Assembly: GCA_043807745.1 (NCBI GenBank)
Contig: JAZDFP010000035.1
Span: 1-35,600, forward strand
DNA length: 35,600 bases
From: Planctomycetota bacterium
GTDB taxonomy: Bacteria > Planctomycetota > MHYJ01 > JACQXL01
Direction of reading: 5' to 3'
Within the stretch, counting starts at the first letter, position 1. The number at the start of each line of letters is the position of its first letter. Under the pieces are notes generated by a model. The model worked only from the letters and a program-made list of their open reading frames with translations. It did not search any database and had not been told where the DNA came from. The position numbers and the translations under genes are program-made. Positions 17,094 through 26,937 of this stretch are shown one piece after another.

Positions 17094-18779
17094 TTATTTG
17101 CTTTTATATTCTATCGTAATTTCTTCATTTTTGTAATTGAATGTAATTGAATTACGCATAATTTTTTTTATTACAAGATTATCTAATATTGTATTACTTT
17201 CTTCATAGGTTTTATTATTAATTATAACTGTAGAGGCAGGTATATGCTTGAAATAAGATATTGGCAAGGAAATTTCTGCACCAAGGAAATATATAATTAA
17301 CGGTGGTAATTTAACCTCTTCTGGTTTAATATAATAAATAATACCGTTAACAACTGGTTGTTTAGAAAAGAATTCTTCTATTATTTTGGCGCGGCGAGAT
17401 AGTTCCTTCATTTCATCAACTAATTTTAATATCTCTGGAAGATATTCAGTATCTTTTACCTCTTTTCTTTCGGCTAATTCTGAAATTTTGGATAAATTTT
17501 TAGGTATATCCTTGAAATTTCTTAACTCAAAATCCTTTTGAGATTCATTTTTTATATAACGGGCTTCAGCATAAATTTTTTCAGCTCCAGCGAAAAGTTT
17601 TTCAGCTTCGTCACGAATCGAAGCCATTTTTTCTTTAGCAGTATTATTATCAGTACAATTTATTTGCTCATAAATATCCAATATTTTTTGGTATGGTGCA
17701 GATAATAATTTATCCCTTTCTTCCTCTGGAGTTTTATCGTAAATATCTTTCATTAATTTCAATTGGTCCTCTGCTTGTTTCAATAAAGTTAATAATTGTA
17801 TATCAGGTGGTAGTGTGGGAGGTTGTTGTAAAGATGTGGTATTAGGTGAACTTTTTTTTATTACTGGCGTGAGTTTAATCGTAAATGGATCAGGACGTCC
17901 TCGACGTTCAAAGATAGGTTTATTATTATTCACTTTGTTTGCAAATTCTTCCTTTGTTACCTTGATAATATTAATATCACCAATAGTTTGTTTTAGAAGA
18001 ATACCATTTAATCCTATAAAATATTCTATTTCTTTAACACTTGCCGCGGGATCTAAAATAATTAAAGAACAAAGATATCCTTCGGTGGGTGTCCCCATTA
18101 TTGTTTGAGAAGTCTTTTCTTTTACCATTAAGTGTGCATTAGTAAAGAAGTTACTTGAATTATAATAGCTAATAAATCTTAGAGGATAACTTTGATTAAC
18201 AGACCAATTGTTTTCAATTAAGGCAGTGCCTAATAATTGTTCAGAATAAAAATTTTCTTTAGGTGTAAATTCTTGGTTACTTGTTTCCGGAATCGGTTCA
18301 TTGGTAGATGATACGGTTTGAACTGTGATGGAAAACTTTACTTTATTTTCATCCTTAATGCCCTTAAGAATAAATTCGCGATTATCTATTAATAATAGTT
18401 TAAGGTTTAAGCTTTGGAAATCCAAACTATCTACATTAACTTGAATTTCCTCGGTTAATTTTTGATATGGCAAAAAAGAAGGTTTAATAAATGAAATTTC
18501 CCTTAAGAATTTATATAACTTTTGTACTTGAGAATTTTTTTGAGAAGTGTTATTTAATTCGCTAAATGAAGTATTCATGTAACCAATTTTTTCCCCTTTT
18601 AATAAAATAACATACCAACTCTCATCGTTTTTAGCAGTTTCCGGTAAGTTTTTAATGGGTTTTTCTGATTGAATTGTTGTGGAATTAGAAGAAGATTTAG
18701 TGGTTTGTTCTGAGATTAAGCTTGTTGGTAATACATAAATCAGTAAGACTAATGTTATTGAATAAAAAAATAAACGCAT
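17094..18779 (-). CDS. Hypothetical 561-aa secreted protein occupying the pilP position
   Basis: Signal peptide, a long N-terminal beta-rich region, a central coiled-coil/helical region, and a C-terminal beta segment (VVNGIIYY...ITFNYKNEEITIEY). The call rests on its position between pilO and pilQ. Confidence 0.5.
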   Translation of the reverse strand: MRLFFYSITLVLLIYVLPTSLISEQTTKSSSNSTTIQSEKPIKNLPETAKNDESWYVILLKGEKIGYMNTSFSELNNTSQKNSQVQKLYKFLREISFIKPSFLPYQKLTEEIQVNVDSLDFQSLNLKLLLIDNREFILKGIKDENKVKFSITVQTVSSTNEPIPETSNQEFTPKENFYSEQLLGTALIENNWSVNQSYPLRFISYYNSSNFFTNAHLMVKEKTSQTIMGTPTEGYLCSLIILDPAASVKEIEYFIGLNGILLKQTIGDINIIKVTKEEFANKVNNNKPIFERRGRPDPFTIKLTPVIKKSSPNTTSLQQPPTLPPDIQLLTLLKQAEDQLKLMKDIYDKTPEEERDKLLSAPYQKILDIYEQINCTDNNTAKEKMASIRDEAEKLFAGAEKIYAEARYIKNESQKDFELRNFKDIPKNLSKISELAERKEVKDTEYLPEILKLVDEMKELSRRAKIIEEFFSKQPVVNGIIYYIKPEEVKLPPLIIYFLGAEISLPISYFKHIPASTVIINNKTYEESNTILDNLVIKKIMRNSITFNYKNEEITIEYKSK

Positions 18780-18803
18780 AGTTGAATATTTAATTAGTTT
18801 GTT

Positions 18804-19397
18804 TTATTTTTTAGTTTGAGGTTTATTGTAAACATAAGTTGTTAGTGTCAAATCTAAACTATATCTAATAAGTTTATTATTAGTACTTTCTGTGATCGGT
18901 TTAACAGAAAATCTATCTACTTTAATAAATCTTTGATAGGTTTCTAGGAGATAAATGTAGTATATAACTTGAAAAAAATCACCAGTTATTGATAACCTAT
19001 AAGAAATTTTGTCAAAAAGACTACTTTGTATGGATGGCTGAATTCCTCTGTTTTGTTCAGGTATGGCACTAGAAAGATAAATATTTGCTTCACGACTTAA
19101 TTTTGTTAGTGTATCAATAAAATTCTCATAAGAAATTTCTTCTTTCGTAGGCATAAGTGCTTCAAGTTCATCTTGTTCTTTTCTTAATTTACTGAGTCTT
19201 CCCTCAAGTTCTTCCATTTTAACCGATCTATCCTTGGCTTCTGTAATCTTGGTGGAAGTCTCATTAATATTTTTAGTTAAGAGAGAAAGTTTTTTAGAAA
19301 ATACAAAATAACCTACAACTCCTAAAATAACAGCAATAACTGCAGGTATAATAATAGTCAAAATAAGTAGTTGTTTTTCCGATAGTTTTAGTTTCAT
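18804..19397 (-). CDS. pilO: Type IV pilus assembly protein PilO
   Basis: 197 aa with one TM helix followed by a coiled coil. Its start overlaps the pilN stop (TAATG), and its position in pilMNO-Q order fits. Confidence 0.75.
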   Translation of the reverse strand: MKLKLSEKQLLILTIIIPAVIAVILGVVGYFVFSKKLSLLTKNINETSTKITEAKDRSVKMEELEGRLSKLRKEQDELEALMPTKEEISYENFIDTLTKLSREANIYLSSAIPEQNRGIQPSIQSSLFDKISYRLSITGDFFQVIYYIYLLETYQRFIKVDRFSVKPITESTNNKLIRYSLDLTLTTYVYNKPQTKK

Positions 19398-20026
19398 TAT
19401 TTTTTTACTTTAAGTTCTTTTGCTAAGTCTATATCAAATTTAACTGCGGATTCCTCCTTATATTCAGGTTGAGCAATAACCTGAAATTGGGGTGGTTCAT
19501 TTAATCCAAGATTAAATGTTTCTTTTAGTCCGGGGTGATTTTTAAGTTCTATTCTAAAACTAGTCATTCTGTCTGAAGATGATCCAGCCGCAAGGCAATT
19601 CATACTGATAGATGCTTCTATTTTTGTATCAGCACGGCGACCAGGAGGAGGACCATCCAATGCTTGTAACGAAGTGATCCAAATATCATGAGAACTATGA
19701 ATAACATCCCATAGTTCATCTATTTTTTCCCACCATAAGAAAGAACGAGTATTTTTTATTTCCGCGGCGGTTTTATTCCACTTATTAAGTTCTGTTTCAT
19801 CAACTAACATTTGGTCATAAAGTTCAACTTTTTTCAGTAAGGATTCCAGATCTTCCTTTTTTGTATTATAAATTGCACTTTGTTGTTTAGTCTCTCTATA
19901 TTGGTATACATTCCAAATTAATAAAAGTGCACAAATAATTATTGCAGCATTCATTGCTAAAAATCTAGGTAAGGGAATTCTTTCTTTACGCTGTCTTTCC
20001 GGTGGAAGTAAATTAATACAAATCAT
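19397..20026 (-). CDS. pilN: Type IV pilus assembly protein PilN
   Basis: N-terminal INLLP motif (MICINLLPPERQ) followed by a single TM helix; 209 aa; adjacent to pilM. Confidence 0.8.
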   Translation of the reverse strand: MICINLLPPERQRKERIPLPRFLAMNAAIIICALLLIWNVYQYRETKQQSAIYNTKKEDLESLLKKVELYDQMLVDETELNKWNKTAAEIKNTRSFLWWEKIDELWDVIHSSHDIWITSLQALDGPPPGRRADTKIEASISMNCLAAGSSSDRMTSFRIELKNHPGLKETFNLGLNEPPQFQVIAQPEYKEESAVKFDIDLAKELKVKK

Positions 20027-20029
20027 ATA

Positions 20030-21082
20030 TTAATCCTTTTTTATTCTTGCTGCTAGTCCGGTAGCTATAACTAATTGAGAGGCTTTTTCCTTTAATTCAG
20101 GGGTATCAATTTTTTCGGACAAGACTTCAAATGACTCACACGGATCCCATCGAATAGGCTTTTTATTAAATGCTGATTCAAATGATTCTTCTAATCCTTG
20201 CAATAAAGAAGAGCCTCCAGAAAGATAGATATCGTCTATCGGTTTATCAAACTGGTGTTCAAAATAATCAAATGAAAGTTTTATCTCATGAGTAAGATCA
20301 TCTAGAAAAGAGCTTATATAATCTTTAACTTCTTCATATTTAAGACCGGGGTTTTTCTTGAGTTCTTCTGCTTCTTTTTCAGGTATTCCCATTTTCTTGC
20401 TGGTAGATTCAGTAAAATCTTTACCGCCTATATAGATTTCTCTAGTAAAAGATACTTGAAGTTCAGACATAATATTAACATTTGTTTTCATTGCTCCAAT
20501 ATCTATAAGAGCTGCTACTCTATTTGCTATATTTGATGATGGATTATTTGACTGTTTTAATTCAAAGGAGTTACCTAATGCAAAACAATCAACATCAATA
20601 GCAATAGGCCAAAGACCACTTTCTTCTAAAAGGTTAATATGCTCATCAAGTTTGTCTCTTTTAGCAGCTACTAAAAGAACCCGCATATCTTTTATTGTTC
20701 CACCACTTTTTTGTTCTTTTTTTATATCTGGTAGACGTAAACAATCAATCATTACTTCATCTATTTCAAATGGAATATATTTACTTGCTTCATATTGTAT
20801 GGCATTTTTTAATTCTTCATCAGACATCTCTGGCATAGTTATATAACGAACTATAACTGAACGTCCTGATATTGCTGTAACTACTTTTGTGGTGTGAAAA
20901 TCATGTGTTTCCCATATTTTCTTTAATGTTTCTTTTATATTTTCTCCAGAAAGGATTTCATGATAAGCATAACCACTGAGAGCATAGTTATTCATTTTAG
21001 GTAAGTGGATTAATTCTACAGCTTTAATAACTTGGGAGCCTATATCTAGTCCTACAATTGGTTTCCCTTTTAGTTTTGGCAT
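20030..21082 (-). CDS. pilM: Type IV pilus assembly ATPase-fold protein PilM
   Basis: The actin-like fold signature GLDIGSQVIKAVEL, IDIGAMKTNVNI and YLSGGSSLLQGL; 350 aa. Confidence 0.9.
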   Translation of the reverse strand: MPKLKGKPIVGLDIGSQVIKAVELIHLPKMNNYALSGYAYHEILSGENIKETLKKIWETHDFHTTKVVTAISGRSVIVRYITMPEMSDEELKNAIQYEASKYIPFEIDEVMIDCLRLPDIKKEQKSGGTIKDMRVLLVAAKRDKLDEHINLLEESGLWPIAIDVDCFALGNSFELKQSNNPSSNIANRVAALIDIGAMKTNVNIMSELQVSFTREIYIGGKDFTESTSKKMGIPEKEAEELKKNPGLKYEEVKDYISSFLDDLTHEIKLSFDYFEHQFDKPIDDIYLSGGSSLLQGLEESFESAFNKKPIRWDPCESFEVLSEKIDTPELKEKASQLVIATGLAARIKKD

Positions 21083-21135
21083 AATTATTATATTATCAAA
21101 TTTCTATTTTATTTCTACTAATTTGATGTTTTTTA

Positions 21136-21984
<849 letters not shown>

Positions 21985-22255
21985 TTAATTTTATTATTTT
22001 GATTAAGTGTTATTCGGTTGTCAATATTTTTAAAGTATTATTTAATTTACAATTCCCTGCGGTCTTGCCACAGGGTTACAAGGTTACCGTCCCATTCCTC
22101 TTCCTTGATGGGAGAGGTTAGGTGAGGGTGATTAGATGTTTTATACCGATTGATATTTCGTCCTCTTGGCACAGGGCACTTCATTTATATATAGTTATCT
22201 CAAAAATCTATATCATATATGAAGTATATGGGATAGAGAATTATTGATAAATCAA

Positions 22256-23269
22256 TCATTGCTTATCAAAAGGTTGTTCTTTATTGAAGTCAGGCAAATA
22301 ATCATCACTGCTGGTTAATGACTGGATGTAACAATTTCCCAGTTCCAAAGATTCCGCATATCGTACCACCTCATCATATTCCGATTGTTTTAGACGTCTA
22401 TTAAGCATCGAATGTTTATGCGCCTTGTAACACGGATGATACTGTGACATTAAACTTATATAAGCATCTTTTGATATCTCTTGTTTAATGAAATCAAGCG
22501 AGGCAAAACTGCCGGCGATTTTTTGTGGTAAAACTAAATGCCTGATAATTACGCCGTGTTCTGCTACACCCATTTTAGTTTGTAAAAGATTACCGGTCTG
22601 CCGGTACATCTCTTTTAATGCAAGACGGTTATTCTCGGCATAATCACTAACTGCAGAATATTCCTCTGCATATTTATCATCACTGTATTTGATATCAGGC
22701 AGATAAATATCAACAATACCATCAAGCAGTTTTAATGTTTCTATTGTATCGTAACCATTTGTATTATAGACAATCGGCAGGGTTAACCCTTTTTTTACTG
22801 CATAAAGCAGAGCATCTAAAATCTGCGGAACGAAATGGGTCGGTGAAACCAGATTGATATTATGACAGCCTTTTTCCTGCAATGAAATCATTATTTGACC
22901 CAGTTCATTTATCGTAACTGGTCTGCCTTCATATCCTTGGCTAATCTGGTAATTCTGGCAGAAAAGGCATCTCAGGTTGCAACCGGTAAAAAAGATGGTG
23001 CCGGAGCCGGCAAATCCTGAAATAGGAGGTTCTTCCCCGTGATGTGGTCCTGAACTGGATATAATAACCTCTTTTCCACTCTTGCAAAATCCCAATTCGT
23101 CCGCTTCGCCGACCTTTTCGGGTAGCCCGGAAGGACAGCGAGGCGAGCCTGCGAGGCGGTTTACCTTACATCGTCTCGGGCATAAAATACATTCCTTCAA
23201 TATCAGGTTTGCCTTGGCTACCCGTTTGGCTAATTCCTCATTACCTAATTTTAGATATGATGCTTTCAT
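22256..23269 (-). CDS. Radical SAM protein, PflX-like (pyruvate formate-lyase activase homolog)
   Basis: CNLRCLFCQN is a CX3CX2C cluster, and the N-terminal CILCPRRCKVNR...GFCKSG is a second Cys motif typical of COG1313-type proteins. I prefer the start at MKASYLKL (23269). The track's extension to 23335 runs into a repeat element. Confidence 0.8.
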   Translation of the reverse strand: MKASYLKLGNEELAKRVAKANLILKECILCPRRCKVNRLAGSPRCPSGLPEKVGEADELGFCKSGKEVIISSSGPHHGEEPPISGFAGSGTIFFTGCNLRCLFCQNYQISQGYEGRPVTINELGQIMISLQEKGCHNINLVSPTHFVPQILDALLYAVKKGLTLPIVYNTNGYDTIETLKLLDGIVDIYLPDIKYSDDKYAEEYSAVSDYAENNRLALKEMYRQTGNLLQTKMGVAEHGVIIRHLVLPQKIAGSFASLDFIKQEISKDAYISLMSQYHPCYKAHKHSMLNRRLKQSEYDEVVRYAESLELGNCYIQSLTSSDDYLPDFNKEQPFDKQ

Positions 23270-23321
23270 ATTAGAAAATAAAATTAGCCACCCGCCGCAG
23301 CGAGGTCTCGCCCTAATGGCG

Positions 23322-23474
23322 GACAAAGACACCAAGAATTAAACACGAATAACACGAATGAAACTAATCCCACGAATAATTCCAATTTGTCTTATTCGTC
23401 GTATTCGTCTGATTCGTGTTCTCTTTTAGTGTCTTGGTGCCTTCGTGGCAGAAATTATCCCGCCGAGGCGGGAT
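23322..23474. repeat. Long imperfect palindrome (CACGAATAA / TTATTCGTG words) plus an ATCCCGCC-GA-GGCGGGAT hairpin in the divergent radical-SAM/mutM intergenic region
   Basis: AACACGAATAACACGAATG... at about 23341-23385 faces ...TTATTCGTCGTATTCGTCTGATTCGTGTT at about 23390-23425. AGACACCAAGA and TCTTGGTG form outer arms. A perfect 8-bp-stem hairpin sits at about 23458-23475. Confidence 0.7.
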
Positions 23475-23547
23475 TTTCTTGATTATTTATATTATAATTA
23501 ATATTATAACTCTATTATAACAATTTATTTCCTATATATCAAATGAT

Positions 23548-24375
23548 ATGCCTGAACTACCCGAAGTAGAAACCATTCGCAGAGGACTGTATAAAAATGC
23601 TCTCGGCTTAAAAATAAAGGATGTTGCTATTCTCCTGCCTAAGATTATTAATACCACTCCAATGCGATTCAGGAATGCCGTTATCGGTAAAACCATTCTG
23701 AATGCCCAACGCCGCGCTAAAGTAATTATTATTGAATTGTCCGGTGACTACGCCCTGGTGATTCATCTGAAAATCTCTGGACAATTACTGTACTTGCCTA
23801 AAACTACGCCAATAAAAAAACATACTCATATTGTTTTTAATCTTAGTAACAAATACCAATTGAGATTCTGGGACCAGAGGCAATTTGGTTATGTCAGGGT
23901 ATTCAAAAAAGCAGAGATGGTTAAATTCATTGATGATATGGAATTTGGTCCTGAACCGTTGGAAAAAACATTTACACTGAATCGTTTCAGGGGATTGCTC
24001 AAGAAACGTTCCAATGGACGTATTAAACCGCTTCTGATGGACCCGAAATTTATCAGCGGCATAGGCAACCTATATGCGGATGAAATCCTCTTCTATGCTA
24101 AGGTTCATCCGCTCCGGAAACCTTCTTCCTTAACAGATGCGGAAATTAATAAAATCTATCAGGGGATAAAGAAAATACTTGATTTAGCAATAAAAAAGCG
24201 GGGTAGTTCCGTAGAATTATATGTAGATGTAGAAGGCAGGCCAGGTGGCTACGTCCCATATATCAAGGCATATAATCGGGAAGAAGAACCTTGTTTAAGG
24301 TGTAGAGCATTCATCAAACGGATAAAGATTGGTTCTCGGAGTGCCTACTTCTGTCCTCACTGCCAATCATTATGA
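23548..24375 (+). CDS. mutM: Formamidopyrimidine-DNA glycosylase
   Basis: N-terminal MPELPEVETIRRGL, an H2TH region (GIGNLYADEILF) and a C-terminal zinc finger CLRC...CPHCQ; 275 aa. Confidence 0.95.
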   Translation: MPELPEVETIRRGLYKNALGLKIKDVAILLPKIINTTPMRFRNAVIGKTILNAQRRAKVIIIELSGDYALVIHLKISGQLLYLPKTTPIKKHTHIVFNLSNKYQLRFWDQRQFGYVRVFKKAEMVKFIDDMEFGPEPLEKTFTLNRFRGLLKKRSNGRIKPLLMDPKFISGIGNLYADEILFYAKVHPLRKPSSLTDAEINKIYQGIKKILDLAIKKRGSSVELYVDVEGRPGGYVPYIKAYNREEEPCLRCRAFIKRIKIGSRSAYFCPHCQSL

Positions 24376-24746
24376 CAAAAATTATTCATTATCAACTTAG
24401 ATACTGGCTGCCGGTTTATCTGTATGCCTTTGCCATATTCTTATCATCTCATCAGGCAAGATTGGAAATACCAATAAAATTTATCGGTATAGACAAAGTC
24501 CTTCATTGTATTGCTTATGCGGTGTTGGCAGTATTGATTTACCGGGCGTGCCGTAAATCCCAAAAGATTCTCATATACCAAAAGGCATATTTTATCAGCG
24601 TGATATGTTCAGTTCTTTACGGTTTTTCTGACGAATTTCACCAATTCTATATACCGGGCAGGCAGACAAATGAATGGGACTTTATCGCTGATGCCCTGGG
24701 AGCAATAATTGCGATTATTATTATCTTGCAGTATAGGAAAGCATAA
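24372..24746 (+). CDS. VanZ-like membrane protein
   Basis: 124 aa with four TM segments and DKVLHCIAY...SDEFHQFYIPGRQ...DFIADALGA motifs. Its start overlaps the mutM stop (ATGA). Confidence 0.75.
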   Translation: MTKIIHYQLRYWLPVYLYAFAIFLSSHQARLEIPIKFIGIDKVLHCIAYAVLAVLIYRACRKSQKILIYQKAYFISVICSVLYGFSDEFHQFYIPGRQTNEWDFIADALGAIIAIIIILQYRKA

Positions 24747-25020
24747 AGAGTAAGCGGATTTAGCTGATTTTATCTGATTTAAGACTTATTTCTTTTCTAT
24801 ATTATTTTAATCCGCTTAATCAGTTCTATCTGCTTAATTCGTTTACTAATTTCTTGAAATTTACTTTGGATAAGCCTGATTCAATCTAACCGACCCAATA
24901 ATCATATACAAAAAACTAATATTTATTCCCTAATAATAGATGGTTATATTCCTGTCCGCCGTTCCGCAATCATATCACGAGGATAAGTGCTGGACTCTGG
25001 AAGGCGAGTTTGAGATATCC

Positions 25021-26616
25021 TTATTTTGCCTCCAACTTAACTATATCAGATTTTGGACCAGACTTAACTATATCAAGGCGATAATAAACTTCTAATGTTA
25101 GAACGTTGGTAGCAGTGCAATAAATCCGGCTTGCTTCACTACTCCACCGGTCGATAGGGTCCCAACTACCATTGGCACAACCGTCTGATTTAATGTGTTG
25201 ATGCTTTAATAAAACGTCTTTGATTTTCTCATTCCACGCAGTCCAACTCTGTCCATTAGGCCCATCATACTGATTCAAGCAATATGAGGCATAAAACCAG
25301 TAATAATAATCAATGATACAAGGATTGGATGTATCCCATGTTGGTAGGCTTGAAAGAATTTGGCTGACTCCAAGCTTTATTAATGGGTCGGTGGTTTTTT
25401 TATCTATAAAGATACGAACCATTATACCAATGGCGGTAAGAGAAGGTTGTATCGTATTGGCGTTTACCAGACGTTGGTCTTCATCTCCTCTGATAGCAAG
25501 ACTACCAAGTTCTGTATAACCGACCTTGCCATAATTTTTATCAGTAACATCATCATAGAATGATTTGATATTGGCGAATGCTTCCGGAGGAACAGGTATG
25601 TTGCAACCCTCTGCGGCTTTCAAAGCCATGGCGACCCACCCGCTAACCGAGGTATCATTTTGACCGCTTTTGGGTTGATAACGCCATCCCTTGTTAGGAT
25701 TCTGGGTATCTAAAATATATTTAACTGCTCTTTCTACAGGCTCTCTAAAAATAACACCGGCTGGATTATCCATATTTAAAGCATAAAGGTCAGCCATAGC
25801 ATAAGTAGCCAACGCTTGATTATACATAAATTTACCCTCTCTGACACCCCCAAAAGTACCATCAGAAAGTTGGATACCGGTCAGATAAAGTGCACCTTTA
25901 CGAACGACATCACCAAAACAAATGTCTTCGTATGTATCCCGTGAACTATTAGTATAACCGGCACCTGTAAAGGCAAGCATTGATAATCCGGTCAGACCGA
26001 TATTATATTGTTCATCACCTATGCCCGAACATCTGGTATCGCGGCATTGATTCTGGAATGACTTAGCACCCCAGGAACCGTCAGGGTTTTGGTGCTTGGC
26101 TAACCAGATAAGTCCTGCTACAACTGCATCTCCCTCAGGCTTGGCAACGCGTTGTCGTCCTATTCGACCACGTTTTCTTTTGCGACCTAATCCGCCATCA
26201 GTACCGATAGTATCATAGACGCCCGCGCCTTTAAGAGAACTTTCTGTATCAAATTCATCATTTGCATCTATATCTTCAGTTGATGTTGCTTCCACTTCGT
26301 CAGTTTTTGAGACCTCTGGTTCGACTGGTTTATCAGGTTGTTCTTCAACTTTTTTTGTTTCTTTATCAATTGGTGCTTTCATCTCAATAACGGTAGGTCC
26401 TTCGTCTACTACACGAGAGATTACAGAAGGTATAGAAGCGAGGAAAAGGATTAACAAGATATGGAAAGCAAGTGAAATTCCCCACCAGGGGGCGAGTTGG
26501 AGTTGGCCTTGAAACCAAAGATTAAAATCAAATTTATTAGCCAGAGCTTTTTCTGCGACAGAACCTTCCTGAATCAGGATTTCTTCCGAATGGCTATTTT
26601 GATGATTGGTTATCAT
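25021..26616 (-). CDS. Membrane-anchored prenyltransferase/squalene-oxidase-repeat (alpha/alpha toroid) protein
   Basis: Repeats of the Q-x-x-DGSWG type: KHQNPDGSWG, QLSDGTFGG, TQNPNKGWRY and GCANGSWD. There is an N-terminal TM helix and an acidic linker. I prefer the second ATG (26616, MITNHQ) because AAGGAGG lies 5 nt upstream. The track start is 26631. Confidence 0.75.
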   Translation of the reverse strand: MITNHQNSHSEEILIQEGSVAEKALANKFDFNLWFQGQLQLAPWWGISLAFHILLILFLASIPSVISRVVDEGPTVIEMKAPIDKETKKVEEQPDKPVEPEVSKTDEVEATSTEDIDANDEFDTESSLKGAGVYDTIGTDGGLGRKRKRGRIGRQRVAKPEGDAVVAGLIWLAKHQNPDGSWGAKSFQNQCRDTRCSGIGDEQYNIGLTGLSMLAFTGAGYTNSSRDTYEDICFGDVVRKGALYLTGIQLSDGTFGGVREGKFMYNQALATYAMADLYALNMDNPAGVIFREPVERAVKYILDTQNPNKGWRYQPKSGQNDTSVSGWVAMALKAAEGCNIPVPPEAFANIKSFYDDVTDKNYGKVGYTELGSLAIRGDEDQRLVNANTIQPSLTAIGIMVRIFIDKKTTDPLIKLGVSQILSSLPTWDTSNPCIIDYYYWFYASYCLNQYDGPNGQSWTAWNEKIKDVLLKHQHIKSDGCANGSWDPIDRWSSEASRIYCTATNVLTLEVYYRLDIVKSGPKSDIVKLEAK

Positions 26617-26860
26617 AACGACCTCCTTCATTTTTAGGATTAAGGTCTCCGATTATATAAACGGATAAAAACCGAAAAGGTTCATTCTTTTTTATAATTT
26701 CTTCTTTTTTACGCTATTTTCCGTTCACGGTGAATCCGTTTTCCTCGACCCAGAAGTGTCTCGGGACGCTCCGTATCCGAAGGCATCGGAGCGCCTTTGT
26801 GGTGAAATTGCATTTTCTAACGGAGCATGATGTATACCGATTAAAATGTTTCATAAATTA

Positions 26861-26889
26861 TTGACCAATAATGCAACTTATTATACTAA
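26861..26889 (+). promoter_or_regulatory. Putative sigma70-type promoter for the lipoprotein gene
   Basis: TTGACC at 26861-26866, then TACTAA after a 17-nt spacer or TATACT after a 15-nt spacer. The AAGGAGAA RBS and the ATG at 26938 lie downstream. Confidence 0.35.
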
Positions 26890-26937
26890 AATAAGAATCA
26901 ACTAAAATATCTACTAATTATAAGATAAGGAGAATTT

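Noticed and set aside
23270-23335. The 22-aa N-terminal extension of the radical SAM ORF (MVSLSAIRARPRCGGWLILFSN)
   Set aside because: It is encoded by the TCCGCCATTAGGGCGAGA repeat element. The internal Met (MKASYLKL) is the more plausible start.
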